Shown: piece after piece, positions 1 to 14,094 of the stretch
Layout: each line of letters starts with the position of its first letter
Position numbering within the stretch: the first letter of the stretch is position 1
Source: the human T2T-CHM13v2.0 reference genome, Homo sapiens
NCBI RefSeq assembly: GCF_009914755.1
Contig: NC_060928.1
Length of the DNA stretch: 64,000 nt
Direction: 5' to 3' (one strand)
Notes under the pieces: generated by a model
Told to the model about the DNA's origin: nothing
The model's database searches: none
What the model saw: the letters and a program-made list of their open reading frames with translations, nothing else
Made by a program: the position numbers and the translations under genes

Positions 1-27
1 TTTTTGAGCACCAAGCACTGAACTATA

Positions 28-389
28 TTTGTTTTCTAGGGCTTAAACAACCATTTATTGTCTCACAGTTCTGGAGACTGGGAAGTCCAAAATCATGGTG
101 TCAGCAAAACTGGTTCCTTCTGAGGCCTCTCTTCCCAGCTTGTAGATATATGGCTGCCTTCCCTTTGTGTCCTCACATGGCCTTCTCTCTGTGTGTGTCA
201 GTGCCTTAATCTCCTCTTCTTATAAAGACGCCAGTCATATTCAATTGGCACCAACCCTAATGACCTTTTTAATTAATCTAATTATCTCTTTAAAGAGCCT
301 ATCTGCAAATGCAGTGGTATTCTGATGCACTGAGGGGATTGGAACTTCAATATAAGGATTTTGGGAGGGACACAGTTCAGCCCATGACA
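28..389 (-). mobile_element. MaLR solo LTR, MLT1B-like
   Basis: Reverse complement begins TGTCATGGGCTGAACTGTGTCCCTCCCAAAA; contains the typical CTCACAGTTCTGGAGACTGGGAAGTCCAA block. Confidence 0.85.
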
Positions 390-2469
390 CCAATCAAGTG
401 TGAGGCACCCAGAATAGGAATTATTATTCTCATATTATAATGACAAACTTCGGGCATAGATAATGACTCAAGGTCCAATCACTGATATGGGGCCATAGGA
501 ACTTTTAAACACAAGCAGCAGAGCTACCTCTTTTGATCTCTTTTAGGTGCGCCAAATTGTGTGGCAGGTTGAAATTTACCTCTCAGACATGAGAAGAAAT
601 GCTATTAAGTTGGGACACAATGAAGTCAATCTCAGAAGGCTTTATTAAATCGGTAGCTTTTTGGGGGACGTAAATTATCCTTGCTTTCCCTGCTGCATGA
701 GTGCTATTCAAAGACTTTTTGTTTTACCTCATCCTCTTGTTTTATGATGAATTTGTGCGTGAAAAGACTCATTAAGAACATCATTATTCTACATTTATCA
801 GTAATGAACTGTCTGTGGCACCTATTAGCAGCAAAATGGTCTAAGTCCCGTTTTGTATCTGTCTACATTCTTCTTCATTATTTTCTGCTCCACTCTCATC
901 CATTTAAAATGGATTTGGCTGGGTGCAATTTTATCCCCAATTGTTCTTTTATTTGAGAGACAAATATTAATAGAATTCATAATCCTTGAGGAGTCCACTC
1001 CAAATGTTCCAATATGAAAATGACTTTTTAATTTTTAATGCTGGTGAGGGGCAGGGACGCTCACCTCCAGAACCTACTGTGTAGCAGACTCTCTGCATTT
1101 ATTATTACACTTAATTTTCGGAACTCAGAAATGGGCATTAATGTCCCCATTTTACCAAAGACAGATGGGAGGAACAGAGGGAGAATGCCTCATTTTGGCC
1201 ATTCATCCTAGTACTAAGTCCACTATATGGGTGTGGGGCTAGGGGGTTAGGGATCAAGACCATTGCCAAAGCTTATGTTGCAGAATAGGTTTTTTTCTGA
1301 ATTCCACATTCATGCTGATTCCAATATACCCAGACATAGGCTCAAACCTGGAACTTATTAAAATGTGTGAGTACCTCTGCTGACTGCAAGCTCCACAACA
1401 CCTTTTGCTTAGTTAGCCTAGTTCATTTCTGCTGGTGTTTTATTATGCAAATGTCTTGTTCTGGTTTAGTCTGTCACCTTTTAGGCAAGAAAAGAGATTT
1501 TAAAAAAATCTTTCTCACTCCTTTAGTTCCTTTGCAGATTTTTTTTTTCTCTTTATCTCCCTCCTCGTAAAATTAAGATTCCTTGGGAGGACATAGAGGG
1601 CAGAGATCTTACCAGAGCCCCACCCAGATGCAGAAAGTTATGTAATTTTACATCTAAACCTTCCAGCATCTCCTACTGCACCCAATTGAGAGGTATGCTG
1701 TTTCACTTTCTATCATTTGCTCAGAGCCAGGAAACAAAACCTGTGATTAACAAACCAAGTCTTAAATGCGATTTTAAAATATTGACAAACAATCTTATGT
1801 ATGTCTTTCATGCCTAAACTTCAGAGTGTGAGAATTTTTGTGGGCTTCTGTTGATGCAAAGGATACACTTTGAGGCCCTGAGTCCTGTGGGTCTGAACTT
1901 CAGCTTCACCCTCTGGAAATGTTCACTTCGATAAGCAAATGCATTCCGGTATTGTAGGATACAGATATTGTAGAAAACTAATTCAAAGTGACCTAACCAA
2001 GAGTCTTCTGCACACTGTACCTACATCTTTTTGTTTTAAATTTATTTTAAATATTCTGTTGCACCTAGATCTATGAACGGTAAAATTATAGTAAATATTT
2101 TTGACCAACTTTTCCCATATTGAGATACCTATAGTTATCTACCTATATGTATCTATATTTCTACAAATCATTGTTCAGTCATCTCAACATTTTCCACCAA
2201 CAAAGGCCTTTGCAACACAAATCTAAAGCTTTCCAAATGGCATATGGAGGAAGCAAAGTGGTTTTCAGGCCCAGAAATGCTGACCAATGAGTCTCCTCCG
2301 TTCTGACTATGATTTTAGAGAAGGTGCAGCTTCTCAGACATGAGAAAAACCTTTCTAAAGGAAGTGATTAAAACATACGTAAAGATATACCTTTAAATAA
2401 ATCAATTTCTTCCACTATTATATGTTCTGTTCACATGCCCTCTTTTTCAACTCTTGGCTAATAGCTAGG

Positions 2470-2665
2470 TATCAAAGGCCAGATGCCTATTTCCAAATCC
2501 TGACTCTGGTAGCTACTAAGTCTTTCCCGGCCTCTCTTTCCTCATCCATAGAATAGGATAATAGTAAGACCTACCTTGGAGTGATATTGTGAGTACAAAG
2601 TGTTAACCTCTGAGCTTAGCTTCTAGCAAGCATTTATTCAACATTAGTGCTTGTTGCTATTATTT
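2470..2665 (+). mobile_element. MIR SINE fragment
   Basis: CAAATCCTGACTCTG...TTTCCTCATCCATAGAATAGGATAATAGTA core similarity. Confidence 0.65.
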
Positions 2666-3232
2666 TGCAGTATACACATCTAAATGCCATAAATATTGAT
2701 CAGTTGCATGCCTGTCTTTAAGTGGATGTTGCAGATGAAGAATTTCTACTGTTCTAACCTATGTAAAGAAAGCATATATCTCTTGGGTTAGGGATTTGTC
2801 AGCCATACAATAACAAGATCAAAGATTCAGAGGGGTGGAGGCTCACTAACAAATTTGATTTTTGGTAGGACACATAAGCAGTTGTGAGATACACGCATAT
2901 TCAATTTTTCCAGCATGTTCTGTTTCCATGCTCTCCAATCTATATTCTTATTATTATTTGATTTTGCCTGTAAGTCAATGCAAGGGAGACAGTGGCTGGC
3001 CATGTGGATTTTAAGCCCCTCAGTCCAGTGAGTGTTGCTTCTTGTTATGGGCCATTTTCTTGCCTCTCTGCCTGTAGGCATTGTGTATATAAATTTAGTC
3101 AATGTGAGTCATCCACACAAAGGGTACTTTTTTACTCAGTATTCTAACATAAGTCATATTTCTGAATTTCCAGGACCCAGGGCTCAACTCTGAAACATGG
3201 CCCTGACTGGTTAATATATCAGGACTACTAGA

Positions 3233-3404
3233 GCTTAACTATTCAAAGTGTGTCCTTGGGCCAGCAGCATCAGCATCACTTGGGAACTTAACACACATTA
3301 GAATTGCAGAATTTCATGCTCCGCTCCAGACCTACTGAATCAGAATCTGTGTTTCACTAAGATCCCTAGGTGATTCATACACACTTGAATGTGGGAAAAT
3401 TGCT
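3233..3404. mobile_element. MER5A (hAT-Charlie MITE)
   Basis: CAGCAGCATCAGCATCACTTGGGAACTT...CCAGACCTACTGAATCAGAATCTG; flanked by 8-bp direct repeat CTACTAGA (3225-3232, 3405-3412), the hAT TSD length. Confidence 0.9.
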
Positions 3405-3834
3405 CTACTAGAACATAAGGACTGTCCACATGATCCCAAGTAATCCCATATATGGGTGAGCTTCTGCCTATGGGATAGACATAGAGCAAAGATGCGGAGT
3501 GGTGGGAGAATAGGCAGTTGAGGGAGAAGAGTAGAGTGTTGAGTTTCCTGATTTATAGGGAAGGTAGTTGTCAGAACATGATGAAATAAGAAATCCTGGG
3601 GTCAAGATTTTGAACGAGTGGTTTGAGCAGACGTTGCTTGCTTCTAGGAAGATTATACAACATGAGGAGAAGGGCACACTGTGATTCAGGTGCAAAGGCA
3701 TCAATTATTGTGAAAGAAAGACCAGGAAGTTGCTGGGTGGCAGGAATGTGAAGGAGTAGAGGAAGCTATAGTCCACGGGTATAAAGCTTAGTATCTGAGC
3801 ATTGGTCAGTTTTTGCACTAGATGGTGGTACACT

Positions 3835-3915
3835 CACTCATCACTGCATTTCCTACAGTGATGGAGCAGCTTGCACACAGTAGGTTCTCAACAAATGTTG
3901 GTTGCTTGAATGAAA
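3835..3915 (+). mobile_element. L2 3' end fragment
   Basis: GCACACAGTAGGTTCTCAACAAATGTTGGTTGCTTGAATGAA. Confidence 0.65.
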
Positions 3916-4014
3916 AACAATAATAGCATCTCTTGGGAATCACCGTATTTAGCATTTCGTATATACTAACTAATCTAATCTTCAATATAACCCCATCAAG
4001 AAGTTGTTACTATT

Positions 4015-4131
4015 GTTCTTTTCTTCTTTCTCTTTTCCTCCTCCTTTTTCTTCATCTCTTTCCCCAATTTCCCCTTCTTTCCTTCCTCCTTTTCCTCCTC
4101 CTTATCATCATCATCATCATCATCATCATCT
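4015..4131. repeat. CT-rich low complexity followed by (CAT)n microsatellite, within a MIR relic
   Basis: Direct reading; ATCATCATC... at ~4104-4130. Confidence 0.85.
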
Positions 4132-4534
4132 TTTCTGATGGAAAGAGTAGATAACTAATGTACAAAGAGTAACTTCCCTAAAGCCATATAACTAGTGAGT
4201 CTGATTCTGGATCTCACACTCTGAGGAAAGAATAAACAATATGATAGAATTTTTACCCAGGCACACAAATCTAGAGCAAGAAACTGTCTTCTTCCTTGGA
4301 GAAATGTGTAAGCACATTCTCATCTCTTCTTCATGGTGCTGTGAACTAGCATGCTGACTAGCTTCTTCAGGTCAAAGCAGTTTTGAAAACCTCCATTACA
4401 TCACTTGACTCTTTTCATTGCAACAGACTCCTTTGGTGGGAAGAAGTTCACAAGCTGAAGTTGGAGCTGAAGGTGTAAATTGATCTTCCCATTAAAATTT
4501 ATATAAATATATATATAATTTTCAAAAATGTCCT

Positions 4535-4827
4535 TTTTTTTTTTTTTTTAAGATTGAGTCTCTCTCTGTTTCCCAGGATGGAGTGCAGTGGTTCGATCTT
4601 GGCTCACTGCAACCCCCACCTCCTGGGTTCAGCCTCCCGAATAGCTAGGATTCCAGACATGCACCACAATGCCTGGCTAATTTTTTTTTTTTTTTTTTTG
4701 TATTTTTAGTAGAGATGGGGTTTTACCATGTTGGCCAGGCTGGTCTCGAACTCCTGATCTCAAGTGATCCACTCGCCTTGGACTCCCTAAGTGCTGGGAT
4801 TACAGGCGTGAACCACCACGCCTGGCC
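4535..4827 (-). mobile_element. Alu (AluS-like) with internal deletion and expanded middle A-tract
   Basis: Alu consensus on the minus strand; TSD AAAAATGTCCT at 4524-4534 and 4828-4838. Confidence 0.95.
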
Positions 4828-5510
4828 AAAAATGTCCTCTTACAACAAGTGTGGAAAAATAGTCATTCTTTTTTGTCACCTCCTCACTTCAGAGATCACA
4901 CTGATAAGCCTGGCATTCTTTAGAATGCACGTTTCAGAAATTATGAAGATACATGGATTACAAAAAAGGAGAATTAATGAAGGAAGAAGGAAAATATAGG
5001 TACAAGTTTTAGAGTATTGTATCGTGTAAGTATAAACTTTCATCATTTTAATTTATAAGGTAACTTTTACATTTAACCTTCAGGCCTAATTAATTGCACA
5101 GCCTGTAGCATTTCACTGTACCCGCAGCCACTTCCCTCCTGGCATTCATGTCTTCATGTTGAAATTGTCTCCCATGACCATGTGGGTTTTTTGAGACCAA
5201 ATGGGGTTTTACTCAGTCCTTTGTTCTCAGAATCTACAGATCCTCCATCCATACCGGTCTGGTCTTTTCTTCAAGTTTTCTTGTATACTGTTTGTCTTTT
5301 TCAGGTCTCAGCTCACACTTTTCTGACAATGAGCAAAACCAGAAAAGTGTAGTTCCTAGTGCTGAACTCTCTCTCTCTGATATTGTCCCCCTTGGTCATG
5401 ACGATTTCCCACTTTGATTTTGTGACTTTTTAATAGGCACCGTAAAGGTTCTGTGAGGTCTTTGATAGCTCTAAGATGTAATGCACTCTGGTACTGGCTT
5501 TGGTTTCAGA

Positions 5511-5549
5511 TGTGTGTGTGTGTGTGTGTATGTGTGTGTGTGTGTGTGT
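5511..5549. repeat. (TG)n microsatellite
   Basis: Direct reading. Confidence 0.95.
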
Positions 5550-5949
5550 AAGACAGAGACAGAGGGAGAGTGACAGCAAGAGAGAGTGAAAGATTTTCCT
5601 GTCTCTCCTTATGTCTTCCAATGTTATCTGAACATAAAATAACATAAAACAAAATAAAGAGCATCTGGACTGTGAGCAACAATGAGTCACCTCCCCTGAG
5701 CTGCTGAATTTCCTCAAGACTCTATCATCTCCCTGGCGATGTCCCTTCACCTGTCACTCTCACTAGCTATTCTCTTCTCCAATTTAGCTCCGAGCATTTC
5801 CCTGAATGGGAGGATGGTGGTATTTTTAAAGACAACTTTTCCTCTGAACTCCAGTGAAGTGTTATATCATTGGTACAGTACCAATGCGAGGCCCAGGGCC
5901 CCTCCTGTCTCAGTTCTCAACTGGCAGTTGTCCAGGGCATGTTCCTGAC

Positions 5950-6895
5950 TACTCTGGAATCTATCTGAACTCTTCCATAGGTGATTTCATCTGGGTCCAT
6001 AGCTTTAAATGATATCAACAAGCCGATGACTCAACAATTTGTATCTTCAGTCCTGGAAACACCTTTGAACTCCAGAAGTTTCATTTTTCCTTTTGCTTCC
6101 CCAACTGTTCATCTGCTAATCTTCTCTCTAAGTAAGTGGCACCACCATCTACCTGGGGGCTCAAGACAAACACCTGGAAGTTATTCTTGACTACATTTCT
6201 TTGCAACCCTTCAGGCAGTCCATCGGCAGGTCTTCCTCCAAAATCCATCCTGTATCTATTCATGTTTTTTTAATTAACCACTGACTTACTCTAATCCATA
6301 GTAATACTGTCTATTGCCTGGAGTAATAAAACAGCTTCCCAAATTCAATTTTTCCCCCTACAGTTTGCAGCTACAGAGGTATTTTAAAAGCCTCAACCAG
6401 ATTATATCATCTCTGCCCACTGTTTAACATCCACCTGTGATTTCCGTTTGCACTCAGAATAAAATCTGACCTATATTTCATGGCACTCAGAATGCAACAA
6501 GTTCTATTCTACCTCTTTTGCAAAAACTCACATCATCTCCCCTACTCCCTACCCACAGTCACTACCTTTCCTTTACTCTCCATGCCCAGTTCACTTCATG
6601 TCCCAAGCATTTGCATTTATTGTCTCTTCGTATAAGTTTATCACCCCCAGTCACTTTTTATCATGTGGCTCACTTTAAAATGTCTTCTATAGTACTTGAC
6701 ATCATCAGAAATGATTTTATTTATTTTTAGCTTGTTCTGTGTCCCCTTCTTTCCACAGGACTATCACTCCATGAGGCCAAATATCTTATTATCTTCATGC
6801 TTTAGTCTACTCCCAGAATCCGAAACTTTTAAACTTGACACAAAGTAGATGCTCACAAACATTTATTGAGAACAAATGGCTGAATGAATGAATTT
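5950..6895 (+). mobile_element. L2 LINE 3' region
   Basis: GGTGATTTCATCTGGGTCCATAGCTTTAAAT...GATGACTC motif and terminal GTAGATGCTCACAAACATTTATTG...TGAATGAATGAAT. Confidence 0.8.
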
Positions 6896-7427
6896 TTACC
6901 CTAAGTTTAAGCTATATTCTTACAGGTGTCTCTTTGTTGCTATTAGGAGGGTACATTTTCTTCCTCTTTGTTGACATCAATGCTCTCATATGCAGTGGGA
7001 ATTTATGACTAGGTGATCTACAAATTGTTTTACAAGGTTCCAGGCATGAGGAAAGAACTTCTTTTTGTCTGTGTTCCAAAGGGTCCTTTATGTATTGCAG
7101 GTGTTCATGGCAACAGTATGACAGATAAGGCATAGCTGCAATGGCGTGATAACCCCAGCTCTCTGGTTTTGTCACTATGTATGGCAGTCTTCATATTCAT
7201 AGATGGTGGTCTCACGCATCTTACCTGGTTTTGTCCCTGCACTGCCTCTATTTGGTCTAATGTTCATGATTTGGCTTTTGTATCCTGGCATGGCTTCCTA
7301 GCTTACTCCACTGGCTTGAACTAGATGCCAAAAGTATCTTATCTCCCAACTCCTGACCATGGCTGATCTTTGGTTCACTCTGCCATCTCATGTGCCATCA
7401 GAGATGAGCCATCAGAGGGGATGTCAT

Positions 7428-7685
7428 CAGAGGGCAGCTTAATGGTTAAGAGCTTTGATTTTGAACAGCATCTTTACCACTTACAAGCTGTGTGACATTG
7501 GGCAAGTTACTTATCCACTCTCAGCAATAGTTTACCTGTAAGAAGGGACACTATTATAACAGCAACAGTGCTCACATGATGCCTTTGATGGTTACCACTG
7601 TGATAATTAAATGAGATAAACCATACAGAAGACAGTTCAGTGCCAGTCCAGAGGACATGTGCCATGAGAGGTACCTATTATTACC
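7428..7685 (+). mobile_element. MIR SINE
   Basis: AATGGTTAAGAGC...GCTGTGTGACATTGGGCAAGTTACTT core. Confidence 0.8.
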
Positions 7686-8689
7686 ATGCAAAACCCCTGT
7701 AACTGGATCGCGATCCACCTGGCTCTCTCGCCTTCTAACAAAAACAAAACATAACAACCCTTAGAAAATATCATTGCTGTCCAAAAGTTGTGATCCAAAA
7801 TCTAACATGATTCTTGGCACATAAAAAACTCAGAATACATGTTGGCTGAGTGAATAAAAATATGAATAACTGCCTCTAGGAAAAGTCCCCTTAATGTTAC
7901 CTACATCTGTTCCTTGGGAACATATAATAAAATAAAATATTGCCACTGCTTTTGAGGTCAGCAAGGGTTTTCTCAAAACTTAATTTTTCTATTATTCAAT
8001 TAGTGTTTGCTTTTGCCTCATGCAAAAAAAGAAGTATAACAAAATGTGAAGTGAAAATAAATTCTACAAGTGCACAAGAATATTTTCCTAGTATTAAGGC
8101 TTGGATTTACAAAAAAAAAAAAAGTGTGAATTGTAGAAGTAGAACAGGCTTAGACTTGCACCAAGGCTCCATCAGGCCAGCTTTGTGAGCTTGAGCTATG
8201 TGTTCCAATCTCTGCCTGCATTTCCCTAACATGAGAATGGGAACAACAATCACTATCCCGGGAGAGTAGTTTGAATTAACAGATATATGTATAAATTCAG
8301 AATATTTTATGGCACATTGGATAAATGACTTCCTAGTCTCTGGACTTCACCTTTCTTACCTATAAAGCAGAGATTGTAATGATACCTGATCAGTCAGTCA
8401 AGTTGTGTTACAGTCTCATTGCAGTGACTGGGACATGCTAAAACCTCCATAAATATGAGCTCTCCTTCCTCTTCCTTCTCTCATCTGTCTTCCTTTCTCC
8501 TCAGCCCTCTTCCTTTTTCTTCTTCTTCTGCATTTGAGACATACATCGATAGAATTTATATAGCAACTACAGCAATAATTGCTTTCAGAAGTATTTATAT
8601 GAAGGCCCAGAAATTAGATGTCCCACCAAAGAAAGTAAAACCACTCTACATGAACTACATACCATATATCTGTTACATTATATTTTAAC

Positions 8690-8850
8690 CTGTAATCTTA
8701 TAACAGCTTTATCAGATAAGTAGTTCTAACCCCATTTTTTAAAATGAAGCTAAGACGCTGAGGATGAGCAAGATTAAATAATTTATTCAAGGTTGTAAAG
8801 TTAGTAAGTGACAGAGCCAGTTTTCTAATTCAGGCTTGTCACACTCAGAT
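8690..8850 (-). mobile_element. MIR SINE fragment
   Basis: CCCATTTT...ATTCAAGGTTGTAAAGTTAGTAAGTGACAGAGCCAG. Confidence 0.7.
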
Positions 8851-9043
8851 AAAGCAATTTACTTTGCATAGTGTCTTTGAATGTTTTATGACAAATTTAA
8901 TCTCAATTTATTCCCAAGATACACTTACTCATTTGACAGGGCATCCTTGTCATGCCCCTATGTCTACTAGCAAGTAGAAAAATAATAAATAGGGTGTGGG
9001 TGAGAAAATGTTCCTTAGCAAAGGGACTAATATTTTGGAACTG

Positions 9044-9459
9044 TGTTGCAGAATGAATAATTATGTCCTCTTAAAGTTTATAAATTCATATGTTGAATCT
9101 GTAGCCCCCAGTGTGGAGATATTTGGAGATGGGGCCTTTGGGAGGTAATTAGAATTAGATAAGGTCATGAAGATGGAACCCATATGATAGAGTTAGTGCC
9201 CTTATAAGAGACACTAGAGAGCTTGCATCTCTCTCTCCCTTCTCTCTTTCTCTTTGTATGTACAAAGAAGAGGTCATTTGAACACAAAATGAGATGGTGG
9301 CTGCCTACAAGCTATGAGAAGAGGAGTTAGAACAAAATCTACCTTGCCAGTCACCTGGATTATAGACTTCTCAGTCTCTAATATTGAGACATAAATTTCT
9401 ATTGTTTAAGCATCCCAGCCTGTGGTATTTTATAATGACAGCCTAAACCAACTAAGACA
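9044..9459 (+). mobile_element. MaLR solo LTR, MLT1A-like
   Basis: AATTCATATGTTGAA...GGGGCCTTTGGGAGGTAATTAG...AACTAAGACA end. Confidence 0.9.
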
Positions 9460-10139
9460 AATTGTCTAATTGTGCCTTTCAAGAATTCAATACATTTCTC
9501 CAAATTTGCCATTTGCAAAGCCTTGTGTGAACATAAATGTCACTCAAAACTATAAGCAGGTAGTCTCAATGACACACTCGTTCTCAAGGGAATAAAGTTG
9601 GGCCTCCCAAAAGTTCAAGCCACATGGACTCCTAGCAGCACAGAGTCCCTGGACTGGGAGTGGGCCATATATTTGGGGTAACTGGGATGGCAAGAAGCAG
9701 AATGAAGCCAGATCATGAATGCATGAATGATTCTATTTAGAGTTGAGTCTAAAGATGAAGGCTGGTGAAGCTTCATCAGTCATCAGCTATGAGTGGAGTT
9801 GAAGCAGACAAAAAAGAAGGTGTGGAAGTGAAATGCAAGATTTGGCAACAATAAAGTTGTCATAATTTCCATAGAGAGAAGAGTTAGCATCCTTTGTACT
9901 GAATGTCAGCTACATGAAAGACTGACTGGAGGAGGCACACAGTCAGGGTGACAGTGGTTTTCTGGCTTTGCTTCAAAATCTCCAAGGATTTGAGAATCAA
10001 AGCTGTCTAACCCTATGCTCAGCCTAAACACTGGGAACAGAAACTACACTTTATTGCCTGCGTTAACTTGGCTGTGCTGTTCCACTGTCTTCATTACACC
10101 GTCTTCATTACATTCATTACTTCATTACATGCTTTACTT

Positions 10140-10527
10140 TTTTGAGGCTGTCCTGGCCAAGTAGATGGATGGATGGTTCATTACACGAAATTCCTAAAGA
10201 CCCACTGAGTCTTTAATGGAAAGCAGCAACAGAGAGTTTGTACCCTAGCATCCTTTGAGTCGTTCACCTCAAAATCCTGTCCTTACTATTTCCACTAATC
10301 ATCTTTATCGTGATTCTTACCCGATATTTATCAAGTCACCACATTGAAAGACCCTCCTTAAACCAAACTTCCACATCTCAATTAATTCTGACCTTACAGA
10401 CCCCACTCTTAGACACCGCCAAAATTCTGCAAAGATGGCACACTCCTTTATATCAGTAAGCAATAAGCTCGCCTTTGTCTTATTGATGAGTTATATTGAT
10501 GGTATTTAAAGAGCCCAGTTTTTGACA
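10140..10527 (+). mobile_element. ERV-type LTR relic (family uncertain)
   Basis: LTR-like 3' part CAGTAAGCAATAAGCTCGCCTTTGTCTTAT...TTTGACA; the 5' boundary is a guess. Confidence 0.45.
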
Positions 10528-11129
10528 TGTTCCATCAAGGATCCAAGTGGATATAACTCTGGACATCTGAATCCTGCCTCAAGCAGAGAAGCTTGTCTTA
10601 TATATTTTATATACTGAGCTTCCATGTCACATTTGGTACATATAAATGTTTCAGATTATAATTTTAAAAAAATTACTGTTGCATTTAAAAGAAAACTGTT
10701 CTATGAATGGTTCCATCTGAGTCTGCATATATTTATTCTTTATTGTCTATATTTTTTTGGGAAATCTCAACTTCCCAGATTCTCAGTCTGTTACTCTATG
10801 CAATGGGCATGTTCAAGCAGAAATCCTGCAAGGCATCTCCTATCTTTTACCTTCTCCTGTTCTGAAATGTCTTTGCATTGATGCTGTCTGTCAAGATGTC
10901 CTCTTATGGCATAAAATTCTGTTTCTAAAATGCTAATTTTCCTCACAGCATCCAACGGAATTCAAGGCACATACCAGTTGCTCAATAACCAGCTGTTGGT
11001 AATAGTTTGTACAATTGACGTTGGATCCAATTCAATGTCTGGAGTGTTTTATTTTAACTGTCTGATTTGGTAAATCAGTGCCAAGACAATAGTATATCAG
11101 AGACAAAGTTGATTCATGGAAGGGAAGGG

Positions 11130-11330
11130 AACTCACATTTATTGAATGCCCACCAAATGGCAAGCCCAGTGCTAAAGGTTTTGTATGCAGGAGAAATCAT
11201 CCTCATCATCACCTATTCAAAAAGTTTGAAAACGAATGCCAAGCAAGTTTAAGGAAATTTCCCAGGTTACTCGTACGATATTCAAGACAAGGATTGAAAC
11301 CAAATGTACCTAGTATCTCAGCACATGCTT
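11130..11330 (-). mobile_element. MIR SINE fragment
   Basis: CACATTTATTGAATGCCCAC...CCCAGGTTAC...GGATTGAAACC. Confidence 0.6.
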
Positions 11331-11354
11331 GGCAAGGTATGGTGGGAATGATAA

Positions 11355-11495
11355 TTGAGGCTTTATCAAATATGCAAGTTCTTGAGCTTAAAGTCCAGTG
11401 ATAAGAATTTATAGACTATGGTGGGACCCAGGAATCTATATTTTTAAAATAAACACATGATTTTAAGTCAGGTAGTCGCTGAGAAATAGTTTAAC
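11355..11495. mobile_element. MER5-family hAT fragment
   Basis: GGTGGGACCCAGGAATCTATATTTTTAA. Confidence 0.55.
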
Positions 11496-11699
11496 AAAGC
11501 TCTTGCTGCTTATATCTTAGTAAGGAAATGTTTTGAGTTCATTCTCACAAAACTACAAAATACAGTTTAATTATCCTCATAGTACAGAGAAGGGAATTGG
11601 GATCCACAGGACCCTTGAGAAACACTGATAGTCCATGGATGTGTTTTCTTTTAAACTCAGCGCACTCCAGGTTCTTAAATTAAGGACACTTCCCTAAAA

Positions 11700-12327
<628 letters not shown>

Positions 12328-12524
12328 TTCTTCTTGAGTTTTAATTGCAGTGAAAACTAGTTAGAAGTTAACTAGACTTTTCATGTGGAATGTGTTGTTT
12401 TTGTAAGGACAAAATTCAATCTCCTAGACATCTCAAGCTCAGTCCTTACTTCTTGGGTAAAAAATGATTGCCTACATAAACTCCTGGCATAATGTGTATG
12501 TTCATGAAATGTTTCTAGTAGATG

Positions 12525-13777
12525 TTGAACTAATTTCCAGCAAAGACATGATGGCAAATTAATGGGAAAAATAAAATTTTGAACAAATAGTGATAGAAAA
12601 ACTAGCTAGCTGTGTATAAAAGTAAATGGACCTCAACTCATATCTCATTGTAATCATGACACTTAATTCAAAAAAGATATATACACGTCTGTCTAACATG
12701 TAAAACTATATTCTAAAGTTTCTATACGAAAACATAGGAAAATATGCTTACAAATTTGGCAGGTTGGAAAAACTTCTATGTCACAAAAAATACTCATCAT
12801 AATTAAAAAATTATAAGTTGGACTTAATTAAAATAAAAGACACCATTAAGAAAGTAAAAAGGCAAGTCACAAAATGGAGAAAATGTTTGTAACACACCGA
12901 TCTGGGAAAGAAAACCTTGTATCTAGATTATACAAAGGATTCATACAGCTCAATAATATATAAACAGCCCAACTTTAATAAATATGGTCGAAAGAAATAT
13001 AAAAGTCCAAGTAAGACTATGAAAATGTGCTCAACATCATTTGTCATAAAGGGATACAAGTTAAAACTAAAGTGAGATACTATTTCACATTCACAAAAAT
13101 GGCTAAAATTGTAAAATGAAAGACAATACTGAATATTGGTGAGATTATGAAGAACTAGAACTCTTGTATTTCTGTTGAGAATGTTAAATACAACCACTTT
13201 TGGGAAAAAAAAGCAACATTTTATAAAGTTAAATGTGCACATACCCTGTGATCCAGCAATTTCACTTCTAGATATTTACCCAAGATAATGACAACATATG
13301 TCCACTAAAAGTCCCATATACAAATATTCATAGTAGCTTTATTATCAATAACTTCAAACTGAAAAAAAGTCAAATGTCCATTATTAGGGGAATAAATTAT
13401 AAGAAAGAAAAATGTTAAAAGATAGTATATTCTAATACTGAAATATTACTCAACCATAAAAATGAAACAGTCAATCCATATAATAGCATGGATGGATATT
13501 AAAAATATATATATTATATTGAACCAAAAAAGCCACCCCCAAAAGACTAAACAATGTAGTCTTTTGTGTGTATTTATATGAATTGATAGATATCAGAATA
13601 GTGTTTTCTGGGGGGTGACTGGAGGAAGAATAAGGAACATATCTGGGGTGGTGGAATGTAATGCTGATTTGAGTTTACTGAATACATTTGCCACAACTTA
13701 TTGAACTTTGCGATACAGATCTGTGTACTTTTTTGTATGTAAATTGTAACTCAATTAAAAGAATTTAAAAAAGAAAA
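12525..13777 (+). mobile_element. L1ME/L1MD-type LINE 3' portion (degenerate ORF2 end plus 3'UTR)
   Basis: ATGAAAATGTGCTCAACATCATT, GATCCAGCAATTTCACTTCTAGATATTTACCCAAG, A-rich terminus. Confidence 0.85.
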
Positions 13778-13778
13778 T

Positions 13779-14094
13779 GGCCAAGCACGGTGGCTTCCGC
13801 CTATAATCACAGCACTTTGGGAGTTTGCCAGCGTGGGAAGGCTGTTTCAGGTCACGAGTTCAGTGTCAGCCTGGGTCACATAGTGAAACCCTGTCTACAG
13901 AAAAACTAAGAAATCAGCCGGGCATGGTGACATGTGCCTGCACTCTCAGACAGTCAGGAGGTTGAGTAAAGAGAATTTCTTGAGCCCAGGAGTTTGAGGC
14001 TGCACTGAGTTATAACTGTGCCATCGCACTCCAACCTGGGTGACAGAGCAAGACCCCATCTTGAAAAAATTTAAAAATAAAAATAAAAACAAAA
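13779..14094 (+). mobile_element. Alu (AluJ)
   Basis: TTGAGCCCAGGAGTTTGAGGCTGCA AluJ signature; highly diverged. Confidence 0.9.
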
